A stretch of DNA of 63,894 bases, the filler included, from Octopus bimaculoides (taxonomy: Eukaryota), in the NCBI RefSeq assembly GCF_001194135.2. It is 6 parts of 4 records of this genome, joined end to end, with 100 filler letters (N's around TTAATTAATTAA, not from the genome) between each part and the next. Parts side by side here need not be neighbours in the genome. Positions count along the whole stretch, not along the records: positions 1 to 14,842 come from NC_069007.1; 5 more parts are not named here. The stretch is one strand, 5' to 3'. This document shows, piece by piece, positions 1 to 10,670 of the stretch (within the stretch, counting starts at the first letter, position 1; each line of letters starts with the position of its first letter). Below the pieces are notes generated by a model that saw nothing but the letters and a program-made list of their open reading frames with translations, was not told the origin of the DNA and did not search any database. The position numbers and the translations under genes were made by a program.

Positions 1-294
1 GAAATATCTACAAAGTTCAACTTTACGATGAAAGTAAATAAACAAAGTTTGTTCTTTTTTAGAAGCGTTGAGAAGTATTGTAAGAACAGAAATAAATTTA
101 TTTCTCAAACGCGTGATAATGCTATAAATAGCGTGATCGGGATAAATTATCCATATAATGCAGAAAAATACGTTACCGGCCAGCCATGAGACTTGAACTC
201 ACATATCTGTGATTACGCGTCAAGTGTTTTACCATTAAACTAAACTGACAAGGTATTTCTTTTCGGTGTTCCTCACACTTTGATTTTGTTTGTG

Positions 295-460
295 GTTTAT
301 GTACAAAGCCAGTAATTTTGAAGAGATGGGACTGGTCGATACCATCCTCTCCCGTGCTTGTCCGAGATTTTATTTTATCGATCACCGAAGGATGAGATGC
401 AAAGTTGATATCGACGCGATGTGAACTAAGTGTATAAGAGTCCGAACAAATACCACAAGG
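295..460 (-). mobile_element. Degenerate tRNA-derived SINE (here 'family A'), partial
   Basis: Degraded match to the family A core (ttttatcgatcaccgaaggatgagatgcaaagttga) seen in better copies such as 55701-55931. Confidence 0.5.
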
Positions 461-539
461 TACTTTTTCCGACGATGGTTTTTAATTTCGGCACAAGGCC
501 AGCACATTTGAAGGAAAGGGATTTGTCAATATCACCGAA

Positions 540-735
540 ACTCTGTTTGCCCCACACCACCACTTCACAGATGGCGTTGGTGTGTTTACGTACCCGTGAT
601 TTAGCGGTTCAGTAAAAACAGATCGATAGAATAATAAAACAAAGTACTGTGGTCGATTCATTCGACTATAAATTCTTCAAAGCGGTGCCCCAGCATGGCC
701 ACAGTCTAATGACAAACAAATAAAAGAATAAAAGA
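540..735 (+). mobile_element. SINE 'family B', 3' half
   Basis: gtgtttacgtacccgtgatttagcggttcag...ggtgccccagcatggccacagtc matches copies at 10000-10240 and 44689-45027. Confidence 0.7.
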
Positions 736-744
736 TAGAAATAG

Positions 745-900
745 CCTCAAATTTCTATGCAAGGCCAGTAATTTTAACGGGAAACTGGTCGGTCGGTACC
801 ATTGCTTCCAGTACTTGACTGGTACTTTATTTCGTCGATCCCCAAAGGATAAAGGCAAAGTCGACCTCCACGACCGTTTAAATTCAAAATGAAAAGACTA
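745..900 (-). mobile_element. SINE family A, partial (runs into gap)
   Basis: ttatttcgtcgatccccaaaggataaaggcaaagtcgacctc core. Confidence 0.7.
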
Positions 901-1400
901 NNNNNNNNNNNNNNNNNNNNNNNNNNNNNNNNNNNNNNNNNNNNNNNNNNNNNNNNNNNNNNNNNNNNNNNNNNNNNNNNNNNNNNNNNNNNNNNNNNNN
1001 NNNNNNNNNNNNNNNNNNNNNNNNNNNNNNNNNNNNNNNNNNNNNNNNNNNNNNNNNNNNNNNNNNNNNNNNNNNNNNNNNNNNNNNNNNNNNNNNNNNN
1101 NNNNNNNNNNNNNNNNNNNNNNNNNNNNNNNNNNNNNNNNNNNNNNNNNNNNNNNNNNNNNNNNNNNNNNNNNNNNNNNNNNNNNNNNNNNNNNNNNNNN
1201 NNNNNNNNNNNNNNNNNNNNNNNNNNNNNNNNNNNNNNNNNNNNNNNNNNNNNNNNNNNNNNNNNNNNNNNNNNNNNNNNNNNNNNNNNNNNNNNNNNNN
1301 NNNNNNNNNNNNNNNNNNNNNNNNNNNNNNNNNNNNNNNNNNNNNNNNNNNNNNNNNNNNNNNNNNNNNNNNNNNNNNNNNNNNNNNNNNNNNNNNNNNN

Positions 1401-1581
1401 NCCAGTACTTATTTGTTCTTTTTTTTAAAGCCTGGTACTTATTCTATCGGTTCCTTTTGTCGATCCGCTAAGTTAAGGGGATGTAAACAAACCAGCACTG
1501 GTTCTCAAGTGGTGGTGGGGGGTACAAACACAGAAACAAACGCACGCACACATGCACACACATACGCACGCAGACACACAC

Positions 1582-1612
<31 letters not shown>

Positions 1613-1785
1613 TGTATGTATGTGCATATATGATGAGCTTCTTTCTGTTTCCGTCTACCAAATCCTCTCAGAAGGCTTTGGTCGGCCCGAGACTATTGTA
1701 GAAGACACTTGACCAAGGTGCTTTGCTGTGGAACTGAACCCAGAACCATGTGGTTGGAAAGCATGCTTCTTACCACAGCACCTAT
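1401..1785 (-). mobile_element. SINE family B, near full length with internal (CA)/(TATG) microsatellite
   Basis: tRNA-like head (reverse of gtggtaagaagcatgctttccaaccacatggttctgggttcagttcc), central microsatellite, shared 3' half. Confidence 0.8.
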
Positions 1786-1799
1786 ACCTTACATTTTTT

Positions 1800-2165
1800 A
1801 AAAACCTGGTCCTTATTCTAACGTTTGTTTTTGGCGAACCGCTATGTTACGGAGATGTAAACACACCAACACCGGTTGTCAAGCGGTGGTGAGGGACAAA
1901 CACAGACACAAAAACATACACACATAGGTGTAAGATATGAGAAAACGGAATTCACGAGCTCTCTCTCTTTGACACGTTTTATACTCGACAGACACGAAGG
2001 AATTCCTGAAGTAAATTCATTGATTTTTATATCCATACTATTGGTACTTATTCTATCGGTCTCTTTTGCTGAATGGCTAAGTAGCGGGAACGCAAACACA
2101 CCGACAAAAGTTTCAAGAGGTGGAGGGACACGCACACATACACACACACATACACACAAACACAT

Positions 2166-2196
<31 letters not shown>

Positions 2197-2340
2197 CACA
2201 CACACGATGGGCTCCTTTCAGTTTCCGTCTACCAAATACATTGAAAAGACTTTGGTCGGCTCGACCCTACAGTAGCTTGCCCTAGGTGCCACGCAGTGGG
2301 ACTGAACCCGGAACCATGTGGCCGAGAACCAAATGTCTTA
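1800..2340 (-). mobile_element. SINE family B pieces (partial 3' half plus a second near-complete copy)
   Basis: Repeats the same head and 3' modules as 1401-1785. Confidence 0.75.
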
Positions 2341-2848
2341 CTACATACATACATACATACATACATACATGTATGTATGTATGTATGTATGTATCTATAT
2401 GTATGAATGTATATATGTGTGTGTGATGTATGTATGTATATATGTCCACTCACGCACACACAGATAATGGGAGAAAGAGAGGGGCAGAGGGAGAGAGAGA
2501 GAAACACATATTCATAGATACACACAAATGCATATTTTCTGATAAATTATTCAATAGAAGGAGAGGAGGGGTGAGGAGGGAATGCCATTGATCTTTAGTC
2601 GCCTCCTCCTCCTGCTACTCCGGCACCTTCCTTCCAGTTGCTGCTGTGCCTCCTCCCCCTTCTGTTCGTCCTTCTGTTCTTGCCAAATCGGTGAAAGATT
2701 GGTGCTGCATTCTATGCGGCTCTGGCGGTCNNNNNNNNNNATGGTGGCGGTAAAGAGATAGCTGGCACGGGACGGCGGCTGGGGAATACAGTCTGTTTAA
2801 GAGGCTGCCAAGCACAGACCTGTTTTTATATCAAACCACAAAATAGCT

Positions 2849-2911
<63 letters not shown>

Positions 2912-3064
2912 GTGTGAGAGAGTTGGGGGTGAGATACAGAGTGAGTCCTGGTGATGCAAACAGGAAAAGCTGAACGCAAAACATGGGAATATAATATAGA
3001 AATATTTTAATATTTTATTAATATTTAGCAGAAGCAACAGAGTAACTCAAAGGCCAAGAGTTGA

Positions 3065-3098
<34 letters not shown>

Positions 3099-3194
3099 AT
3101 GTGCACGCGCGTATGTGTGTGTATACATACATACATACATACATAATACATACACACACACACATTATATATATATATGTATATATATATATAT

Positions 3195-3236
<42 letters not shown>

Positions 3237-3474
3237 TTATATATATGTATGTATGTATGTATATATAGCAGTGTCGGACTCCTCCTTCACCAAAGGCCAA
3301 TTGCATAAGAATAGCCACTGGCGGTGCTCCAACATGGCCACACAACCTTTGGACTGAAACGTATAAAAGAATAANNNNNNNNNNNNNNNNNNNNNNNNNN
3401 NNNNNNNNNNNNNNNNNNNNNNNNNNNNNNNNNNNNNNNNNNNNNNNNNNNNNNNNNNNNNNNNNNNNNNNNNN

Positions 3475-3896
3475 ACTAAGACTAGTACTAGCTATTTTAC
3501 TCCTATCTCTAAACGTATTAAAGTCACAAGATATTCTCCTACAAATCTTATCAGAAGAACAACCCACATAAACACTAACATCTGTATCGCTTTTAACCTT
3601 ACACTGATACACTATATTCCTTAATCTCACGTTCGGACCCTCAAACCTTAACCTCTTGGGATTAATCTCAGTTACCTCAGTCTTAGAACCTATCATATTA
3701 TTACCTAAGTAAGGGTCCTCATCCCTATTCATTCCATTCATGCCTGTCTTAAGAACTTTAGAATTATGTGCTGCAATAGTCTGCTCTAGGTTCTTAATAT
3801 TGGAAAAACCAAACCTAACACTATGCGTATTAATAATTTTACCGTAACGCGAATTTGTAGGGAAATGCTTACTAATTACCTCCCTAAACTGAGCTA
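3475..3896 (-). mobile_element. Penelope-like retroelement relic: linker plus GIY-YIG endonuclease N-part
   Basis: Translation REVISKHFPTNSRYGKIINTHSVRFGFSNIKNLEQTIAAHNSKVL...NIVYQCKV...VYVG...R...FRDRSKIASTSLS follows the Penelope pattern KHFP...KIFNRNTVKVSYSCM.N...I..HN..IL...VY....YIG...R...STELS. Confidence 0.8.
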
Positions 3897-4364
3897 TGTA
3901 TGTATGTATGTATGTATGCATGCATACACAAACAAGCAAAATTCACAAGCCATAAACACATACACACACACATACACACACTTATACACACATACATCCA
4001 CATACATATATATATATAATATTTTTATGGAGGCAACACATGCGAAGTCTAAAAGAACATAATTAAAATACACCTTCGAAACTTATATAAATATATAAAA
4101 TGAATATATATTCGTTATAAATATTCTTTATATTCTTTATATATATTGTTTATAAAATGGAAATAAAAATTCTAGAATACATAGACAAATGTCGATGTAA
4201 TACATAAGACACGATTGAATTTAAGAAAAATTTCTTTTGTAAGTACATTTAAAATTATAATACTTTAGTATGATGGAATTTTAAAAATTTCTTGAGAGAA
4301 TTAAGTAGTAAAGAGACATATTAAGAACAACGAAAGAAAAAATATAAAGATTACATCTACGGGT

Positions 4365-5342
4365 CGTTTCAGAGATGTGCCATGGAATGTGCCAGTCTTC
4401 TGATGCTAAAGATTTTTCCTGTTGTGCGATATCTGATATATATGCCTTCATAGGAACCTTTGAAAGCCAATTGAAAAACAATAGTAAAATAGAGGTTGAA
4501 GAGAGTGGGTACTAGTATGTCACTTTGTTTTACCCCATTCATGACAGTGACAGGCTCCAAGAGTTTTCCACCAATGTTGATCCTTACTTCCATGCCATCA
4601 TGAAACTGCTTCAGTATAGTGAGAAACTTTACAGGGCATTCATGTCTCCTCAAAATCTCCCACAAGGCAGTCCAATTGACAGTCAAAAGCCTTAATAAGA
4701 TCAATGAATACCTGATAAAATCCTATTTGCTGTTCCACACACTTTTCCTGTAACTGCCATGCAGAGAAGATCATGTCAACAGTACCCCTCCCCTTTCTGA
4801 CTCCACTCTGTGCTTCAGGAAGAATCTCATTAGCCACATATATCTGCAGCCGGTCCACCATTATTCGTAATAAAACTTTGCCGACTGTAGCAAACAGGCA
4901 AATACCATGAAAATTATTGCATTCATCCTTTTGTCCTTTACCCTTGAGCACAACTTCCATGACTGCATCCTTCCAGTCTTTTGGCATAACTTCATTTTTC
5001 CATCCCTTCTGTATTACTGCTGTCGGCATTTCTAGCAAGTAGTACCTCTCAAACTTAAATAGTTCTACATTCAGACTATCAACTCCCGGTGCTTTGCCAT
5101 TGTTCAGCTTTGATATTGCTTTTATTGTTTCCTCCACTGACGGTGTCATCTAAGCACTCAATGGGTGCATTCTGTGGAATCATATCAATCCTTTTTTCAT
5201 CAACAACTGACGGTCGATTCAGAAGTTTATTGAAATGTTCCTTTTAAGATGTCTTTGGGCTCCCTCAATAAAACACCATTCCTATTCTTCACATGAGCCA
5301 AAGTAGGACATGATGGCCAAAACACCTCACGAAGGAGAGTAT
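4365..5342 (-). mobile_element. RTE-clade (BovB-like) LINE relic: linker plus RT domains, truncated at both ends
   Basis: GKAPGVD, EAQSGVRKGRGTVDMIFSAWQLQEKCVEQ, FIDLIKAFD-TVN, NGVKQSDILVPTLFNLYF; frameshifts present. Confidence 0.92.
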
Positions 5343-6313
5343 ACATAAACAGCTGGGAAAATTTGTTCTTGGAACCTGCAAGAGATACTATATAACTGAT
5401 AGAAAAGTCATGGACAAGTTTTAAATGTCCCATCTAAAAACCAGATATCAGAGTCAGCTAATCTTTGTAAATTATCTTCACTTCCGAAATCTGTAATTCT
5501 CTCTTGGAGCTCGTCCTCTTCCTCGTCTTCATGCTCTGCGATTAATTCATTCAAAGTGTCCCTGTCTATCTTTGTGTCAAACAAAAGCAAATTTCTTTCC
5601 CCAGTTTGCGTGACCTTGAATTTCTCTGGGATTACCAAATCTATCACACAATTTGATTCCACTGGAAATTCGTTTTTACGAATGTGCTGAATAAGGTGCC
5701 TCATAGCTGATGCACTTGGCATTTCAAAAGCATCGTTTATATCTAGTTTCTGTCAAGCTTCCTGCATAATTGCTGCTGGTGTAGAATTTGTAGCTCCAGC
5801 CTTGTCTTTCAGCTTCTCCCTGCAAGTAGTGCATGACTATGTGCCCTTCTTTTGGATATCCATGTGCATTAAAAAGGGGAACTCCACGATGCTTTACAGA
5901 ACTACAACAACTTTTGTCCTCTCACCTGAAGTAATGATTCTGGCCTTGGGATCGTTGGTGTGGTTAGATGTGCTCCCAAAAGGATAATTTGTCTTTCCTG
6001 GGATTTGACAAATTCATATCCATCCATCATTGGCAAGATGATAATAAAAATTAAAACTTTGCTATTTACAATAGAACAAACGGCCAACAGCTCCAGAGTC
6101 AACTGAACTATTTTCCTAAAAACACTCTAACACTTTTATTTTAACGGTGATGGTTAAGTCAATAATTGTATGCATAAATACCATTACAGAACCATGAAGT
6201 CAATTACCATTGAGTCTGAATCCTTCCCAAATAGGAAAACTACTTAAACAACAGTTGATGTTTTTTATTTAGATTTGTCACTCTTTCGAAATGTCATTCG
6301 TTCAATACACACC
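5343..6313 (-). mobile_element. FLYWCH-type MULE (Mutator-like) transposase relic, 5' part
   Basis: WFLDGTFKTCP*LFYQLYSI (MULE first catalytic Asp motif), upstream DGYEF...KARIITSG...HSH FLYWCH-like finger, possible TIR with gaatgaca subrepeats near 6274-6313. Confidence 0.8.
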
Positions 6314-7139
6314 CATATACACACACATGTGTATTATCATCATCCTCCATCTGTTTAACACACACACACACACACACACACATTCCTTCAGTGGAATGGG
6401 TGTGCTTGTTTGCTTTGGCACAATTCACCAAACTGTAGATTTCTGATATTAGTCTGTGATTTCTTCAATGGAATGTCTACATTCCTCATAGTTAAACAGT
6501 ATTTTGTGCTTATTACCATTAAAGGAGAAAATACAGAATCAAACAAGAATTTGTAAAAGAACTGCTATTGTTATCTTGAATAATTATTGGAAATTCCTTC
6601 TTCAAATTCAGTCAAAGAACTAATATTTAAGCTGGTTTTTGAAAAATTCAAGTGTAAGATTGGAATCACATGATAGCTCTACAAATTCTTCAGTTTTTCA
6701 TTCATCCTAATGTGTGTTACAGTTTATAGAATTTGAATTCAATCTAATTTGCAGTTGTCAATGTCTGCTTGAAAATATTTGCAGAACTGTTTTTATCAAA
6801 TATGCAAAACGTCCAATTACGTACAGCTTATTTGAATTAAAGTCAAAATATTTTCCCAGTAAAAAAATGGTCAGTATATACAGCTCTTGAATGGTCAAAC
6901 AGAAGTAACTACTTGTTTTGGGGGTTTTACTATCACCTGACCACCATGCCTTGTCCTGGGAGACATGTGGTCACAATTGTGCACAAGCTTTTTTGCTTCT
7001 TGTAATGGGGACAATATTACTGGTCAGAAGGTCCATTTGCTGTGATCAACTACTACATAGATGTCCCAGGATTCTGTTTCTGGTGATGAACAGAGTCATT
7101 GTGACACTGAACGATTTGAAGAGATCTCTGGACTACTAA

Positions 7140-7560
7140 GAAAATGGTGAACAGAGGGAGGGGATCATGGTTTGTGCAAAATATCATCACACTTTCCAAC
7201 TGTGTTCCCAAGCCTGACCGTCTGAGACTACAAATATTCTCCAACCATTTCCTTTGCAATCTACTTCTAGGTCTAGGCTTGGCTAGAAATATCTATCTTG
7301 CAATGTTTTGTGTGGTATTCTAACCACATCTGCATAACACTGAAGCTGTGGCCTCTCAACGCAGGGTAATGGCTTCACCTGGAGGGAGGCTCTGATCTCC
7401 AAACTGCACACCCTCTCAAGTAACAATAACTCCTGAGATCCTTTGGATGAACCCTATTTCTGCCACTTGTATTCAAGATCATATTCTTTCAGTCATTACG
7501 AAACACACATGACCATAGGTAATAACACTGTGTAACACGATTTTTGTCCTTGGGCAGCCA
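7140..7560 (-). mobile_element. RTE-clade LINE C-terminal relic (Expander/RTE-X-like)
   Basis: QVAEIGFIQRISGV..LLERVCSLEIRASLQVKPL and LAKPRPRSRLQRKWLENI match the RTE C-terminal pattern AAEM.FLR.I.G..LLD...S.EIR / RP.GRPR.RW.D.I. Confidence 0.65.
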
Positions 7561-7870
7561 GAGATAATATGATTTATTGTTTCTTGTCCATCTCCACATA
7601 TTCTACAGTTACTTGTTATGTTTCTTTTCATTATATGTTTTTGATAATTTCTGGTGGGGAGGCTTTGGTCTTGTGCAGCAATTAAAAATCCTTCAGTCTC
7701 TGCTTTGAGTCCTGAGCTTCTCAACCATTGCTGGGATTTTTCTCTGTCTATTTCTTTTGCATTTAGTTTAGCCCAGTATTTACCATGTAGGGGCTTTTCT
7801 TGCCATTGTGTTATCATGGTCCGTTGCTGTTCTAGTTTTAGTTTGGATTTCATTTGTTTTATAGCTTTTG
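7560..7870 (-). mobile_element. R4/Dong-clade LINE relic (pre-RLE region with CCHC knuckle start)
   Basis: WQEKPLHGKY...WLRSSGLKAETEGFLIAAQDQSLPTRNY...CRICGDGQETINHIISGCP. Confidence 0.9.
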
Positions 7871-7951
7871 TTTTGTTGTTTCTTCTTCTTCTTCTTCTTC
7901 TTCATATTTGTTAGGTAGATTGATTATTATTATTATTATTATTATTGATAA

Positions 7952-8167
7952 GGTGGGAAGCTGGCAGAATTGTTAGCATGCTGGGCGAAATGCTTAGCGG
8001 TATTTTGATAGACTTTACGTTCTCAGTTCAAATTCCACCGAGGTCGATCAACTTTGCCTTTCATCCCTTTGGGGTCGATAAATTAAGTAGCAATGAAACA
8101 CTGGAGCTGATGTGATTGACTCATTCCCTCCCCCAAAATGGTTGCCCTTGTGGCAAAATTAGAAACC
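7952..8167 (+). mobile_element. SINE family A, full length (tRNA head, conserved core, ATT tail)
   Basis: A-box-like gctggcagaattgttagc, B-box-like gttcaaattcc, core actttgcctttcatccctttggggtcgataaattaagta (resembles the Meta/Sauria-type SINE domain as recalled). Confidence 0.85.
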
Positions 8168-8177
8168 ATTATTATCA

Positions 8178-8544
8178 TTAACTCCCCCTTAGCGAAGGCA
8201 GAGGTATTGTTTTCAGTTGTGTTTGTTTGTCCATGGAGAAGATATCTCAAGAACTGTTGGATGGATTCAGATGAAACTTTCAGGGATGTTTGGCCTCATG
8301 ACTGGCACGAACTGATTAGATTTGGGGATCGATCTGCTACCGGACAAGGGTACTGGATTATTTTTCCTGTTTTTTACTAATTTTTGAGAGCGGTCGGGTT
8401 CATTTTTAATTTGTTTTTTTTTGTCGTTTGTGAGAGCAGTCAAGTTTATTTCAGATATTCTCATTTTAAAAATCATCTCTGGCTAATCGTTGAGAGGACA
8501 TTGGTGTTGCCTTGGCAGAGGTCTGTGCTCTCTGGGTGCTCTTG
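8178..8544 (+). mobile_element. Non-autonomous Helentron/Helitron2-type element (HINE/DINE-like)
   Basis: 5' hairpin/subTIR, 3' subTIR ccttggcagagg followed by short stem-loop gtgctctctgggtgc; TT-rich insertion site; second copy at 52928-53549. Confidence 0.7.
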
Positions 8545-8557
8545 TCATTATTATTAA

Positions 8558-8943
8558 GGTGGTGAGCAGACAGAATTGTTAGCATCCTGGGTGAAATGCT
8601 TAGTGGCATTTTCACTGTCTTTACATTCTGAGTTCAAATTCCAGCAAGGTCAACTTTGCCTTTCATCCTTTCGGGGTCAATAAATTAAGTTCCAGTGAAA
8701 CACTGGGGTCAATGTATTTGACTAGTCCTCTCCTGCAAAATTTTAGGCCTAGTGCCTATAACAGAAAGAATTATTATTATTATTATTATTAAGACAGTGA
8801 GCTGGCAGAATCATTAGTATGCCAGGCAAAAATGCTTATTGGCATGTTTATGTTTCAGGATTCTGAGTTCAAATGTTGCCAACGTCAACTTTGCCTTTTG
8901 TTCTTTCAGGGTCAATAAAATAAGTATCAGCTGAATATTGGGC
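8558..8943 (+). mobile_element. Two tandem SINE family A copies (8558-8770, 8793-8943)
   Basis: Head and core repeated, separated by (ATT)n. Confidence 0.85.
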
Positions 8944-8945
8944 TA

Positions 8946-9135
8946 TCACCTTAATGGTGGTGGGGAGTTTGCAAGCTTCAGTAACCTGAAGAGCTGTGCC
9001 GTCCAGAGTTTTGTACTCCTGGTAGGGTCACCCAAGGCGGTACGGTCGACGGGTAGAAGTCAGACAAAGAATAGTCCACTGGTCCTCCAGGTTGGGGGTG
9101 GAGCAATGGGCTAATAACCCATCCTCATAAAAAGA
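8946..9135 (+). mobile_element. Isolated 5'UTR of an RTE-clade LINE
   Basis: ctcctggtagggtcaccca...gacaaaga...ccactggtcctccaggttggggg...gggctaataacccatcctcataaaaa matches the conserved RTE 5'UTR pattern recalled from fish and invertebrate RTEs. Confidence 0.7.
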
Positions 9136-9240
9136 AGTATTAAATAGAGACATCCCACCCATCCAGTGGAAATTGGAAATATTGTAATTACAGAGGAGGA
9201 GACCATTGACACCAGCCCTGCAAGCAAAGCAGAAATCAAG

Positions 9241-9551
9241 TATCATCATCATCCTCATCATCGTTTAACGTCCGCTTTCCATGCTGGCATGGGTTGGACG
9301 ATTTGACTGAGGATTGGTGAACCAGATGGCTACACCAGACTCCAATCTGATTTGGCAGAGTTTCTACACCAACCACTCCGAGAATGTAGTGGGTGCTTTT
9401 ACGTGCCACCAGCACGAAGGCCAGTCAGGCGGTACTAGCAACGGCCACGCTCGAAATGGTGTATTTTACGTGCCACCTGCACAGGAGCCAGTCCAGCGGC
9501 ACTGGCAACGATCTCGCTCGAATGTCTTTTCATGTGCCAGGAAGGCGACAT
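9241..9551 (-). mobile_element. RTE LINE 3'UTR with (GAT)n tail
   Basis: Reverse complement of the 30381-30749 element; ends ggaaagcggacgttaaacgatgatg. Confidence 0.85.
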
Positions 9552-9999
9552 NNNNNNNNNNNNNNNNNNNNNNNNNNNNNNNNNNNNNNNNNNNNNNNNN
9601 NNNNNNNNNNNNNNNNNNNNNNNNNNNNNNNNNNNNNNNNNNNNNNNNNNNNNNNNNNNNNNNNNNNNNNNNNNNNNNNNNNNNNNNNNNNNNNNNNNNN
9701 NNNNNNNNNNNNNNNNNNNNNNNNNNNNNNNNNNNNNNNNNNNNNNNNNNNNNNNNNNNNNNNNNNNNNNNNNNNNNNNNNNNNNNNNNNNNNNNNNNNN
9801 NNNNNNNNNNNNNNNNNNNNNNNNNNNNNNNNNNNNNNNNNNNNNNNNNNNNNNNNNNNNNNNNNNNNNNNNNNNNNNNNNNNNNNNNNNNNNNNNNNNN
9901 NNNNNNNNNNNNNNNNNNNNNNNNNNNNNNNNNNNNNNNNNNNNNNNNNNNNNNNNNNNNNNNNNNNNNNNNNNNNNNNNNNNNNNNNNNNNNNNNNNN

Positions 10000-10240
10000 A
10001 GAAACTGAAAGAAGCCCGTCGTATATGTGTGTGTGTGTGTGTGTGTCTGTGTTTGTCCCCCCAACATCACTTGACAACCGATGCTGGTGTGTTTACGTCC
10101 CCGTAACTTAGCGGTTCAGCAAAAAGAGACCGATAGAATAAGTACTAGGCTTACAAAGAATAAGTCCCGGGGTCGATTTGCTCGACTAAAGGCGGTGCTC
10201 TAGCCTGGCTTCAGTCAAATGATTGAAACAAGAAAAAGAG
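10000..10240 (+). mobile_element. SINE family B, 3' two-thirds
   Basis: gaaactgaaagaagcccgtcgtatatgtgtg...ggcggtgctctagc...gaaacaag. Confidence 0.85.
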
Positions 10241-10244
10241 TAAA

Positions 10245-10670
10245 GTGGGGAGCTAGCAGAATTGTTAGCATGCTGGGTAAACTGCTCAGCAGTATTTTGT
10301 CTACAACACTTACAGTGTGAGTTCAAATTCCAAGGAGGTTCACCTTACCTTTCATCCGTTCAGGATTGATGAAATAAGTACATGCTGAGCACTGGGGTCG
10401 ATGTAATTGACTTACCTTCTCTCCCAAATTTGCTGGCTTTGTGTCAAAATTTGAAACCGTTATAATTAAGGGAACAGAGCTGGAAGAATCATTAACGAGC
10501 TGGGAAAAATGCTTAGAAAATTTTCTTCCATCTTTATGTTCTGAGTAACATCGACTTTACCTTCCATCCTTCCCAGTTGATTAGAGATGTACCAGTTGAA
10601 TACTAGGGGTCAATGTAATCAACTTACCCCTTACCCATAAACCGCTGGCCTTGTACCAAAATTTGGAACC
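10245..10670 (+). mobile_element. Two tandem SINE family A copies (10245-10458, 10470-10670)
   Basis: Head, core and gtgccaaaatttgaaacc-type tail repeated. Confidence 0.8.
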
